A stretch of 64,000 nt of DNA from Macrostomum lignano (Eukaryota), in assembly GCA_002269645.1 (NCBI GenBank), contig NIVC01000029.1:1054001-1118000 (forward strand). Direction: 5' to 3'. A program made the position numbers and the translations under genes. Under the pieces are notes generated by a model, which worked only from the letters and a program-made list of their open reading frames with translations, was not told the origin of the DNA and made no database searches. Shown piece by piece: positions 24,430 through 44,430 of this stretch. How positions within the stretch are numbered: position 1 is the stretch's first letter; each line of letters opens with the position of its first letter.

Positions 24430-24965
24430 AGTCACTGACGGACAAATTTCACTGACAGTCAAATGTCACCGTCAGTCAAATGTCACTGACGGTCAAATAT
24501 CACTGACGGTCAAATGTCATTGACGGTCAAATGTCACTGTCATTCAAATTTCACTGACGGTCAAATGTCACTGACAGTCAAATGTCACTGACAGTCAAAT
24601 GTCACTGACAGTCAAATGTCACTGACGGTCAAATGTCACTGTCATTCAAATTTCACTGACGGTCAAATGTCACTGACAGTCAAATGTCACTGACAGTCAA
24701 ATGTCACTGACAGTCAAATGTCACTGACAGTCAAATGTCACTGACGGTCAAATGTCACTGTCATTCAAATTTCACTGACGGTCAAATGTCACTGACAGTC
24801 AAATGTCACTGACAGTCAAATGTCACTGACAGTCAAATGTCACTGACGGTCAAATGTCATTGACGGTCAAATGTCACTGTCATTCAAATGTCACTGACAG
24901 TCAAAAGTCACTAGCAGTCAAATGTCACTGACAGTCAAATGTCACTTGCAGTCAAATTGAGCAAG
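24430..24965. repeat. 18-bp minisatellite (GTCAAATGTCACTGACAG)n upstream of the RPAP1 start codon
   Basis: Direct reading. Confidence 0.95.
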
Positions 24966-25599
24966 CAGTCAAATGGCACTAGCCCAAGGGCCGAGGATTG
25001 CCTTCTATGATCCAAAAACTACAGCTTAAGCAAAAGTGCACAAGGCCGCAAACATAAGAAATTTCTAGTCTTTCAACAAAGTGATTTGCTCATTATAAAG
25101 TAGTACCAAACGAACAAGGCTGTGCGAATTTATTAAACAATGCAAAATTGTTATTAATCGCAGAACAGAGACGGAAGCAATAGTTTTGAGTTGACTTTTT
25201 TAAGCTATTTTATTGAAAAGAAATAAAGAAAACGAAAAAATGCTTATAAGTAGCTGCTTAAGTAGCACCAACACATTTTTTACTATTTAATGCCAAAATG
25301 CTTAGACATTAAACGAAAATAATAAATATTTATGAAAATAACAAACACAAACAAAACTATTTTATAAACGATAACTAAAAACAAGAAAATAGGAACGAAA
25401 GCACAAACTCAAAGAAGAAATATGGACTGATTCAAGATTTTGCACCACCAGCGAATAAATGTGAAAACCTTTAGAATCGACTGCTTAGGTGCAGCAGCAG
25501 CAGCCATTTATAGGGTAACCCAATCAAACTTTATTAGATTGCATCAAAAACCGACGCAGTATATGTGTAAATGCCTGATATATATAAGGACAACCCTTT

Positions 25600-26510
25600 A
25601 AAAAGAAGACACAACCTTTTGAGTTTGAATATACACAACCCATTAAATGGAATTGCCACAACCCTTCAAGAGTTGCCAAAACCCTTCAAAAATAAGACAC
25701 AACCCTTCAAATAGACACAACCCTTCAAACAAGACACAAGCCTTCAAATAGACACAAGCCTTCAAATAGACAAGCCTTCAAATAGACACAAGCCTTCAAA
25801 TAGACACAAGCCTTCAAATAGACACAACCCTTCAAACAAGACACAACCCTTCAAACAAGACACAACCCTTCAAATAGACACAACCCTTCAAATAGACACA
25901 AGCCTTCAAATAGACAAGCCTTCAAATAGACACAAGCCTTTAAATAGACACAAGCCTTCAAATAGACACAAGCCTTCAAATAGACAAGCCTTTAAATAGA
26001 CACAAGCCTTCAAATAGACACAAGCCTTCAAATAGACAAGCCTTCAAATAGACACAAGCCTTCAAAGAGACACAAGCCTTCAAAGAGACAAGCCTTCAAA
26101 TAGACAAGCCTTCAAATAGACACAAGCCTTCAAATAGACACAAGCCTTCAAATAGACACAAGCCTTCAAATAGACACAAGCCTTCAAAAAGACACAAGCC
26201 TTCAAATAGACACAAGCCTTCAAATAGACACAAGCCTTCAAATAGACACAAGCCTTCAAAAAGACACAAGCCTTCAAATAGACACAAGCCTTCAAATAGA
26301 CAAGCCTTCAAATAGACACAAGCCTTCAAATAGACAAGCCTTCAAATAGACACAAGCCTTCAAATAGACACAAGCCTTCAAATAGACAAGCCTTCAAAAA
26401 GACACAAGCCTTCAAATAGACACAAGCCTTCAAAAAGACACAAGCCTTCAAATAGACACAAGCCTTCAAATAGACACAAGCCTTCAAATAGACACAAGCC
26501 TTCAAATAGA
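25600..26510. repeat. 18-bp minisatellite (AGCCTTCAAATAGACACA)n with 16-bp variants
   Basis: Direct reading; units degrade toward the left edge. Confidence 0.95.
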
Positions 26511-26690
26511 AGACACAGCGCTTAACATCGAGACACTTTCTTCCAATATTCATGGCGCAATCTATCGGTCGTAAGAGAGAGTAGACAAACTTTTCCCATC
26601 AAGCAAAAAATTATTGTAAATAACTAGCTTAGTTAGCATGTTTAAGAGTTAATAGTCAAAAGCAAGTCTTCCAGCCATATTAACAGCGGC

Positions 26691-27365
26691 TCACACTTTC
26701 GGAACAACCGCATTATGCTCTTCATCAGTCTCCAATCCGACCTCTTCAAAGAAGGCCTTCTTACTAGCTGGATAGCCTTCCAATACGCAGTCGATCAGGT
26801 CAACGCAAGCCCGTTTCCGTTTGCGCCATTCCGAGACAAGATTAGCGCGTATCTTCCTCGCGTCGGACATCAACTCCGGCGTGACCTTGCGACCCTCGCC
26901 GCTGTCTATGGCCGCTAGGCGTTCAGTTTTAGGCGCCAATTCGGCTTGTAGCTCGGCAAGTCGAGCTCGCAATTGTTCGCAAGTTGGTCGCTGACGCAAG
27001 GTCGCGAGTTCGCGTTGTAATTTTTTCACCTCAGCCTGCTCAACGACTAGTTCCCGTTCGGCTGTTTGAGCTCGAGTCTCTAAATCGCGTTTCTCAGCTT
27101 CGTCCGGCAGAGCATTGGTAGGCGCACTACCGTCGCTATTACTACTACTGGCAGTAGGCTGTTTAACAACGTAAACTTTCTGCTTGCCGTAGGTTTTCTC
27201 GTTAATTAGGCCGGCAGAGACAAGGCTGTCCAAGGCGCGTTGGATGGCAGTTTTACCTACGGCTTTGTGCAAATTACTAAATACGTCATTAACGCTATAG
27301 GGTCTGTTAGCGTCGCGCATGTAGTCAAGGACGCGTTTTTCGTCTGGATTCGAGCTGGTTGCCAT
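26691..27365 (-). CDS. PSMC3IP: Homologous-pairing protein 2 (HOP2/TBPIP), intronless, 224 aa
   Basis: Winged-helix N-terminus YMRDANRPYSVNDVFSNL..GKTAIQRALDSL..KTYGKQKVY, coiled coil, WRKRKR and EEVGLETDEE C-terminus typical of Hop2. Confidence 0.93.
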   Translation of the reverse strand: MATSSNPDEKRVLDYMRDANRPYSVNDVFSNLHKAVGKTAIQRALDSLVSAGLINEKTYGKQKVYVVKQPTASSSNSDGSAPTNALPDEAEKRDLETRAQTAERELVVEQAEVKKLQRELATLRQRPTCEQLRARLAELQAELAPKTERLAAIDSGEGRKVTPELMSDARKIRANLVSEWRKRKRACVDLIDCVLEGYPASKKAFFEEVGLETDEEHNAVVPKV

Positions 27366-30261
27366 GATGATTATTTATTTGATTAATTAGCATGCAATAA
27401 ATAAAGCCTTGGTGTAATTAAAAGCCAGAGAAGCTGGGTTGAATTCATACAGAAGCTCAGTGCCTATTGTCTGAAATGTATCTGCATACACATGTATGCA
27501 TAGTGTGAGTTCTGAGGGTCAGCGATATGTGCATGACAGATGACATCAGATCGACTAACCAACAGCTGCCATAATAACTATAAATGCCACTTGCAAAAAA
27601 TCCGCTCATCTACTCTTTTTCAGTAGCATAATTAGCGTTTATGCCATCATAGCAGCGACATATTTTGTAAAATTTTTAAAGATATTTAAAATTTCTCAAA
27701 ATGAAACAGGCTTTCTACAAGCAGATAAATTAAATTAGCATGTTCATCCTCTTTTACTGACTCAGATCTGTTTCAAACTGGAAGTTAATGTAAGAAAAAA
27801 AATTCAAGACTGAAGATTGCAGGAAAACTTGAAAAACCTAAATCCAGCGTGTGTGTTTAGCGAGCAAAAGAGAAAACGGGTGGCGCCCCAGCCCCCAAGC
27901 CAGGCCACAGATACTAGAATAACTAGATGGTCCACTCTGGCATATATGCTTGGCAAAACAGCTTTTTACTTTCAGTTCAGTAGCAAAGAAGAATACATAA
28001 ATCTATTTTATAAGAATAGGGCAGCTGAGATGACTGATAAGTTTAGAAGCCCAAGCTTGCAGAAGTAAACAACTTGCTAATTAGTTCAGCCAAAATGTAC
28101 ATTAGCCACTGAAATGTACAGGGCAGATTTAGGCTGGAACAACCGAAGAAGGTAATAAAATTAGGTCGCGGGCCGGGGGTAAGAGGTTTTATGAGGAGTT
28201 TGAGGGTTTAATAGCTTGGGGGGGGGTAAGAGCCAATAAATAAGCTTTGTCTTTAAAAATACATTAAAATGCTTCTGTTTAACTTACTACTGAACTGAAA
28301 GTAGCTAGCACGCAAATGTGCCGAGTTGCCTATCTAGTTATTCTAGTATCTGTGAGCCAGGCTGACAAACAGTTTGGCTTTCCTCTTGCCTCCTCTTGTG
28401 TCTGACGTTGACCTCTATCCTTAATGCTCTCTCATTGGCTGAGCTGGATTTGGGCCTATGACTATGACTATGATAAGTACTTCCGGCGCCTCAGCCTAAG
28501 TAAAAAGGCTCTTACGCCACTAGAGATAATTTAGATTCCAGATTGGGAGTGTACTCATGTACACTAAAAGCCAAATTAGACTATAGAGGACTGTACAGGG
28601 CAGTATCAGAAAAACCAAACCTCCCCGGGGGACAGTGACAGCGGTTCGACGAACCAGTCAGGAAGCCCGTGCCCAAAAAACCAGGTTAGAAGGCCCCCAA
28701 AGCCTATTAGAGATGGCCCGAAGGCCTAGAGCCGTGGCAACCATGCTGGGGCCGACCGCCCACCACCCCCGGGTACAAATCAAAAACCTCCCCGGGGCCA
28801 GAGGGGGTTGAGTGAACCATTCAGGGAAGCCCGTGCCTACTCCTGGGTTAGTTAAGCCAATGCCGGTCATTTGACCGCTCCCCACGGCCGTGGCAACCCG
28901 AAGGAGCCTCCCCCCAACTAAACCCCGGGTACTCTTGCCAACAGACAGTCTCTTATCTTTGAAGCGGCAGGAGGGCTAATCGCCGGGACTGTTTCACCCT
29001 TTGCTTCGCCAACCCGCCATTTCTATTGTGACCGTGCCAACGGTCTCGTCCTGCTCAGACTCAGTCCTGGTTCTGGCACACTCCAGCTTTAATGGGGTCG
29101 CTGGCTGTACGCTCAGAGGGCGCCTGAGGGATACCGTCAGAGCACCTTGGTACAGGTATAGGCCTGCCTTCCTATACAGCTACCCACAGCCCCTCCCGAT
29201 CCACTATTACCCTCCAACCCAGCCTACTCACTCATTACAAGCTTTCAGCCAGGCAGAGACAAGTTTCACAGAAGTGACTGCGGTTAGGCGTCTCTATGCG
29301 AGACAAAACCAAATGCTCTCTCATTGGCTGAGCTGGATTTGGGCCTTCCCCCTAGGTTGAGTTTTATAGTCCGTCTGACTTTGACCTCTCTCCTTACTGC
29401 TCTCTCATTGGCTGAGCTAGATTTGGCCTACCCCCCCCCCTAGGCTGAATTTCGTCCGCCTCGCGTCCAGTTGTGTACATAGAGTTAAATACTTCTTATG
29501 CTTCCTCCTTCAACCCCATATGCCCTGAGTCCCGAGGAAGGAAAGCAAGGGTTTAATTGCCACATTTAATTTATGTGAACACTGCGCAGAAAAACTACTG
29601 GAAGAGTGAGTAGACACCTTACTTTTTACGTAAAAACTTCACGTAAGCCTAAAACGATTGTTAAACGAAAATAATTAAGCCTGAGAAAAAAACTACAAAC
29701 TTGAATAAATTTATTGCTACGTAGTAATTCTTTTAATTAACAAAAATTTTATGTATAAGTGCAATAAAATCAAGTACACGGTGTACTGCTTGAAAATCAA
29801 TAACAACACGCTTCAGATGCTACGTTTTACGTTTACAAAAAACATGGGCACCGAGAATAAAATAATGTTGAAATAGTATAAAAATAAAATATCAATATAC
29901 TGAGCTCACATAGCACCAATATAATATCATACTCTCGTGATAGTGTAAAAATTTATTGCTACCGTTTTAAAATGCAACATAAAATAGCTGTGTAAATTTT
30001 TAATAAAAATGACATCAATAGTGTAAAAAGATTACAACACGCAGATATTATTGAGACTATTAATCATTTTAAATATAGCACACTGATTTCTTACTGACAG
30101 TAGACAAGTGAGCAAATTCTTCGACAAATAAGTTGTGAATAGATCAATTATTGAAAATAACTATATAAAAATTCTGAAACTATGATAAAAATCCATCAAG
30201 AGACCACTGGAGCGACAGCGCTTTGTGCTTAAATATTGATTTCTCATTTGTTTTTATAGGG

Positions 30262-30548
30262 GTTATAGCCTAGTTGTTTGACCGTTGAACTTGCGAATGA
30301 AAAGTCGGGGTTTCGATTCCCGATCCTACTGAAACAAGCTGTGTCCTTGAGCCAAGACACTTGCATTGCTTCAGTTCACTCAGCTGTAAAGTGGGTGCCA
30401 GCATTAGCTGGGGTAATTGAGGGTGTGGCGACCCCCAGTCCTTGGACTGAACAGCCGTACGCAGCCTTCAGATGCGCTGCGCAATAGCTGCGGCTGCGCT
30501 GTCGACTGCACATCTGTCTATCAGGGCAGGTGTAATCAATTTATTTAT
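30262..30548 (+). mobile_element. SINE family 1 copy with a degenerate tRNA head
   Basis: GGGTTTCGATTCCCGATCC B-box followed by the same CORE-like body as 3506-3812. Confidence 0.85.
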
Positions 30549-30780
30549 TACCATTTACCATTTTATATTTTACAACTCATTCTAAGTTTACTGTTGTGCC
30601 AAAATGAAGGTCACTTTTTGCAGTCAATAAATCAATATGGTGATGGTTATTAACATCAAACATAATAATAATAAAAACTACTCAATTAGTAATCACTCAA
30701 TCAGTTATTGAAAAATAATTAATAGGTAAAACCAATCAATTAATGAGCCAATCTATTAAATCAACATTTATTCATCAGCA

Positions 30781-30968
30781 ACGTAGCGTAATGGTCTATC
30801 GCGACGCTCTGATGTGCCAGCGGCCCAGGCTCGATTCCAAGTGCAGTCATTAATTAATCTGGGGCTAAATTAAAATCTCGGCTTGGCTCTGCTCGTGCAA
30901 TTAACGCCCTTGAGAACCAACAAACCCAAAGGCACAGTGAAGTGTACATGCTTAACGATAAATAAAGT
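30781..30968 (+). mobile_element. SINE family 2, 3'-truncated
   Basis: Matches the reverse complement of 8680-8860 (GTGCCAGCGGCCCAGGCTCGATTCCAAGTGCAGTCA...). Confidence 0.8.
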
Positions 30969-31027
30969 TAGGGCCGCTGTACACTCCTGTTTGAGTGTGC
31001 GCCAGCGCTTGTAAAGCCTTTGTAAAA

Positions 31028-38296
<7,269 letters not shown>

Positions 38297-38849
38297 CTGA
38301 AATTTATGGCAGAATTATTTATTTAAAAAGTGATGTTTTAGTCCTCAAAGAAATGAATTGTAGTCATTCATCATTATCAACCTCCAAGGCTGCCTTCTCA
38401 ACATAGTCTCTACCTGTAGCAACACACTTCCCGCTGCTTAAGCATTCCATGCCTTTAGCCTTCTTTTGATTGCACACTCATGATGGTGTCAATAATCACA
38501 AAAATCAAACCACTTGCAAAGTGCAAAACAGTGAGATTTGTTTACAAGTGACAAAATGTATAAAAAAATCAACACAGAAGGGGTGGATGGTAAGAGAGAG
38601 GGATGCACTGTATATTAGAGCCATTTTGTATATGCTTCTATATGCTCACACTTGCCTATTGCAAACAAGATCTATAAAAACTATGTACTTCAGCTGGTAG
38701 TTATAGCTGGTAGCCCCTGGTAGTTGGCAAGAAAGTGCTTTAAAACTGGCTTGGCATCTATTCTAGCAGATCTGTAAACACTGCTAAGCACCCATCTTGC
38801 TGCCAGCTTTGCATGTAGGCTAGGTAGATTACCAATGAACTCATTAATT

Positions 38850-39800
38850 AACAACATCTTAATACAGCTTTTTGCAGCCCATTTGGGCTTATGCGCATTA
38901 AATTTAATCTAAGATGTTTGTCAATGCAATGGAGCTTTTGTCTATGGTAGCAAAGCAAGGCTGGCAAAGCGCCATTAAATTTGGTCCAACAAGCACCAAA
39001 TTGGTTCAAATGCTTTTTGAATTGAAACAATTGGTCCAATTAGTTTAATTACGAGGGTTGTCCCAGAAATGTTCTGCTTCTGCTTCAGATTAGCTTCTAC
39101 TTTTTTTGAGGGCTTATATGTTCTTTTGTTTTTTTTTCAGCTTCTTCCTTTGCTTTTGTTTTCTCGAATTGATGGTTTTGACTAAATATCAAAAGTTTAG
39201 TCTATGGACAGCATAGTAGGCTTGACTTAGTGTAATTCTATCCCCCTACCATTTGTTCTAATTATAGGCATAACTTTTGAATGAATTGACATTTTTATCC
39301 CATTTAAAAAGCTAAACAACTATTAGATTTTTTCTACTTATGACACAAGTTGCATTAAATTAGAATATCAAAGTCAGCTACTATATTGGTTTTTCTTGCT
39401 ATTTCTGGGATAACCCTTGTACTATTTAGCAAATTTCTTCCTTTTTGCAACAGTCTATAGTTGTTAACCTCTGGAATGTTAGCATCTTTACCAACAATTT
39501 TCAGTTGCCTTACAGAGCTCTGCTGATAGTCAAAACTTGATAAGATAACCAACTGGAACTGCTCATTTAATTTTTGCTATTTTTTTCATAATTAACAAGG
39601 GGTTTGTCTTAATCCAATTGAGTATTGGTTCAACCTGAAGCTCTAGCAACTTTCCTTAGCAATTGTTATCCCTTTGCAGGCAGTTTCAATATGCCAGTAA
39701 ATGCTATAAACCATATTTTATTTTATATTCAGTAACCTTGTCATGTCCTTTGGGTGCTGACCTTTGTTGATTGCTTCCATCATAAGCCAATAATGGCACT
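38850..39800 (-). pseudogene. Possible highly degenerate Tc1/mariner-like transposase remnant
   Basis: Stop-riddled minus-strand fragments EAINKGQHPKDM, ILNWIKTNP, TVAKRKK, KHLNQFGACW..LHCID loosely recall Tc1 HTH and DDE regions. Weak. Confidence 0.3.
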
Positions 39801-41387
39801 TGTTCAACTTCAAGTTTGACAGCCTAGCATATGGTCCAAAATTAAAGAGCTGATCTTGCTCTTCTCAATAGTTTCAAATAAAGCTATAGACCAAATTAAA
39901 TGGCACTAATTTAACTAAAAGTGGTTGAATGTGAAATGTTGAAAAAATACTTAGGCCCTAAAACATAAAATTGTCAAGCACATTATTTTTCTTTCAAATC
40001 ACTACTGGTTGTTTATAATTATTTTATAATATTTATAATTATTTATAATTACGACATTTATAGTTGGTCGTTGGAGTGGGCGTGGCCTGTTATATGAAAA
40101 CATAAAACTATCATTTAAAAGTTTAAGAAAAGCAATTTCAATATGCTTTTTTAGAACTAAATTAATAATTATTATATTAAAAACTATAAATAAACACTGA
40201 GTAATAATAATAACTAAAGTAATAATTATAAATATAATATTAATAGAGTTCACCCATAGCCATATGCCCAGAGTTCAAGGCATATGGCTATGGGTGAATA
40301 CAAAAATGAATACAGAAATTTTTTCGTGTCTTCCTAAAATTTACAGCAAACAGAGAATTTTTGCAGCACCATAACAATAAAAAGTTGATTAGACAACTAT
40401 TCAAAACATCATTTAAAAGATTGGTATATTGAAACGCAAAGTTTTTATTGCGTAAAAAAGTTTTAAAAAATTCAACAAAACGAATGTCTTTTTAAAGCTC
40501 TTTTGTTTTTAAATAACTGTAATTTTACTTGTACTCAACGAAGACACTCTATCCTGATGTCATTTTTTTAGTTATATTGTTTTACTACCTATTATTTAAA
40601 AACGTGTCAGCCATTTTGATTTTCGAAAGCAACTTGCAGTGTCCGTCCATTTATTTCGATGTCCACTTATCGACACCTGGAATTTAATTTTAGTAAGTTG
40701 GCTGTATCTATATTATTAAATATTTAAAAATTTCTTGTGCATTAATATTGTCTTGCAATTTATTAGTCACCAATGAAGTTATTTGTTTCTGTACATTGCA
40801 AAATTATTTTTGACCAATACTTTAAATTTAATAGCACAACTTCCACAAGGTGTCCACTTGCTGACTATTCCACTATTCCTATTTAATTTAAGTGGTTTTT
40901 ACCAGGTTTTACTGTAGGAGATTGATTGAAATTGTGTTGGTGAGAGGCACCATATTATTAATAAAATAGCACAAAATGTCCACTTACCGATGGCCGATGG
41001 GTAGCAGAATGGGCGACGCTCGCCTCCCTGCTGCGTCTTCGGACGGCCCTGCAGCTAAGATGGCCAATGGGCGATGGCATTAATCAGTGGACATCAGTAA
41101 GTGGACAAAGAACATCAGTGAGGGAATTAATTAGTTTTTGCAATTGCAAGTGAATAAATTGACTTATAATGTAGGCCTATTTTAACAATTTATAATGTAT
41201 TTTAAAAAATTTTAGCTCATTAGGCTCCATATTGTGGATCTGTATGCCAGAAAGTATTTGCTATCTAGTAAAGTATATGCCAGTAGATGACATTAATTAA
41301 GTGGTCTAGTAAATTGTATGCCACTAAAAATTGTATGATGAAAAAGGACATAACTAATACCACAACCAATAGTACACATACGCATAG

Positions 41388-42899
41388 GGGCATTTCCGCC
41401 AATTAGGCACTATTGGAAAATTACACTTCAACAAACAGAAAATAATGAATTGTAGCTTAAGCCAGCTAATTGAAGTCAAACAAAGACTTAAACTGAAAAA
41501 TACAACCACTTTTGCTCAATTTAAAGCTATTTAAAGATTGTTAATCACAAAATTAATGTTGAATAAACCATTTTAAACTTACGTAGACGCCACTTTTTTG
41601 GATGTCCAAACACACAATTTTTAACTTTAACATTGAATAAAAGAGCGAAAAAAACATTCTTGATAGTAATTCTCTTTGTTTCATGAAAAAAACACATTAA
41701 ACTTTGTTAAAATCATTCCTTTTCGTCACAACACCTGCAAGAAGTCATTGATTTTTGTCAGTTTTCTTGCTATACCAAAAATTATAAACGGTAAGTTTTT
41801 GTATCGTTTGTACTCATGTTGTACCCTCTCATTTACTCATAAGGCTTTCAATCTAGACGTTTTTTTAGCTTAAATGAAGGAAAACATCTTTGCGATGATG
41901 TATCAGTATATTTTTTAGCAATAGAATTTGCTTAATACATTTTTCTAAGACATTAATTTTTTTTCGATGTGACATCTTAACCACAAGATTGTACTCATGT
42001 TGTACCCAATAATTTTTTTTAGTGCTTTTCATTAGCTGAAAACGATATATTTATGGATTGCCGACATACAGAGCTTCACAAAAAGTGGTCTGCTGAACCT
42101 TAATCTGTCAAAATACCTTAAATATTAACATTTAAATGTAGTAAGCACACTACTTACACGAGATGTATTTTCATGTTGTACCCTTTATTTTATTTTTCGC
42201 TAGTTTTTTTTTTCAAAATCAGTCTTACAAGACTATCATTAAGTATAAAAGCTGGAAAATAAAACAGTTTCACATTAATTTCTTGTTTATTTATCAATAA
42301 AAATGTAATTTAAATTTTGCACTATAGTATGTAGATATTAATTTACATAGTACTAAATCAATTTTCCCCACATTTACTTGTAATATTGCTTCAGAAAAAC
42401 TTTCTCTAGATTGTGGAAGCATATGCATTTCTTGCTGCTTGCAAAGTTGCACTGGAACTTCTGAATAATTACGGTGATCGGCTAGTTACTGAAAAGTAAA
42501 ATTAGAGATTTACGTTCGGTATATCGCGCAGAAAAAAACATTTTGACAAAGTTAAAAAATATCGTATGAACTTATGCGCAAAAATAACAAAATCTGAATT
42601 AAAAAGTTGATTAAAAGCATTAAGAAACAATTAAAAAATTATTGACTGAAAGAAAGTTAATTATAAGCAAGCAATTACGCCTCAATATAAAATTTTATGC
42701 TCCTATGGTATTAATCGTCTTCTTAGATCAGTATAACTTTTATTGGCAACTTTTATTGTTACCAGAAAATTTCTTGTGCTTCTACAAGATAGAAAAAGAA
42801 ATTTAATAACAAATTCTAGTTAGATTTCCTGTTTTCAACATTTTTCTTCTTCTTTGCACACTCGGACACAATTTGTGTCCCTATTTGGCGGAAATGCCC
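41388..42899. mobile_element. 1.5-kb AT-rich DNA transposon remnant with about 21-bp TIRs and 4-bp TSD (ATAG)
   Basis: GGGCATTTCCGCCAATTAGGC (41388) vs reverse complement GGGCATTTCCGCCAAATAGGG (ending 42899); ATAG at 41384-41387 and 42900-42903. Confidence 0.8.
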
Positions 42900-43234
42900 A
42901 TAGTAATTAATGGCTACAAAAAATCTAAGTATATATTAACAAGCTGTTGAAACCCGCGGATTTTGAACCCGGGGAATTCCAATACCCGGAACTACTTTTG
43001 CATGTATTCTGAAATCTAAGGCCATACATAAACAGAAACTTGTTAATAGTTAGTAGGATAGAGGTAGACATAAAATGGAGCACATTCGTGTAAAATTTGG
43101 GTTTGAGACATTGTTGGCTGGGGTACTGCGCAGAATGTCAGGCAATGTCTGTCTGACTCTAAAACATATATTGCTAAACTCTGGTCTCTCCCTGACTCTC
43201 CCTACGTCCCTTGGATCCTTTAAAATTTCTATCG

Positions 43235-43622
43235 TCTCTTTGTTTCCTCTCATCTCTCTCGTCCCTCGTCTCTCGTCTCCTCTCTCCTCTCTCCCCTCTT
43301 CTCTCGTATCTTCCCTCATCTCTCTTCTCTTTCATCTCTCTTATCTCATATCTTGTCTCTTCTTTTCTCTTTCCTCTCCTCTCTCCTTTCCTCTCTCCTC
43401 TCTCCCCCTCTCCTCTCTCCTCTCACCCCCTCTTCTCTCTTATCTTCCTTCTCCTTTCTATTCTTTTCTCTCTTCTCTTAACTCTCTCCTCTACTCTCTT
43501 ATCTCTCCCCTCTTCTCTTGTCTCTTCCCTCACCTCTTTTCTCTCTCGTCTTTGCTCTCTCATCTTTCCTTTCTCTTCTTTTATCTTTTCTCTCTTATCT
43601 CTTCTCATTTCTCTCTGCTTCC

Positions 43623-43691
<69 letters not shown>

Positions 43692-43725
43692 TCTCTGTCT
43701 TTCTCTCTTATCTCTCCCCTCTCTT

Positions 43726-43758
<33 letters not shown>

Positions 43759-44430
43759 TCTCTGTCTTTCTCTCTTATCTCTCCTCCTCTCTCTACTCTC
43801 TCCCCTCTCCATTCTCCTCTTTCCTCTCCTCTCTCCTCTCGTCTCTGTAACCTCTCCTCTGTTCTCTCTACTCTCCCATCTTTTATCTGTTCACTCTCGT
43901 CTCTGCTCTCTCACCCCCCTCTTTAATCTGGCATCTCTGTCTTATATGTTCTCTCACCTCTCTCCTCTGTACTCTTTTCTTTCCCCTCTTTTGACTCCTC
44001 ACTTTCCTTTCTCCTTTCTTCTTTTCTCTTCTCTTCCCTTTTCTATACTCTGTCTCCCTCTCTTCTCTCACTCCACTCTCCTCTCTCCGTTATCTCTCAT
44101 CTCTCATTTCTCATCTCTCCTTCCACCTCTCTCATCTCTACAACCTTAGAGATGTAGAGATGTATCTTTATCTTTTCTCTCTTCCATTTATTCTCTCATC
44201 TCTTCTTTCACCTGTTTCCTTTCTGCTCTCTTCTCTGCTGTCTCCTCTCATCTGCAGCTCTCTGCTCTCATCTCTACTCTCTCCTCTTGCTTTTCCTCTC
44301 TCCCCTCTTCTCCCCCTCTCTCTCATCGTCCTCACCCTCTCATCTCTCCTATTATCTTTTATCTTTTCTTTTATCCCCTCTGTCGCCTCTCCTCTCTTCG
44401 AATTGTCTATTCCTTCTTCTTTCCACTTTC
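43235..44430. repeat. CT-rich polypyrimidine simple repeat
   Basis: Direct reading. Confidence 0.95.

Noticed and set aside
28850-28935. HDV-like ribozyme suggested by GGCAAC and CTAA motifs
   Set aside because: I could not build P1 and P2 pairings of the nested double pseudoknot, and the sister unit lacks an L3-like loop.
38410-38470. First coding exon of iRhom (MECLSSGKCVAT)
   Set aside because: Its donor is phase 1, which puts the next exon (38296) out of frame and hits a stop; it could only be UTR.
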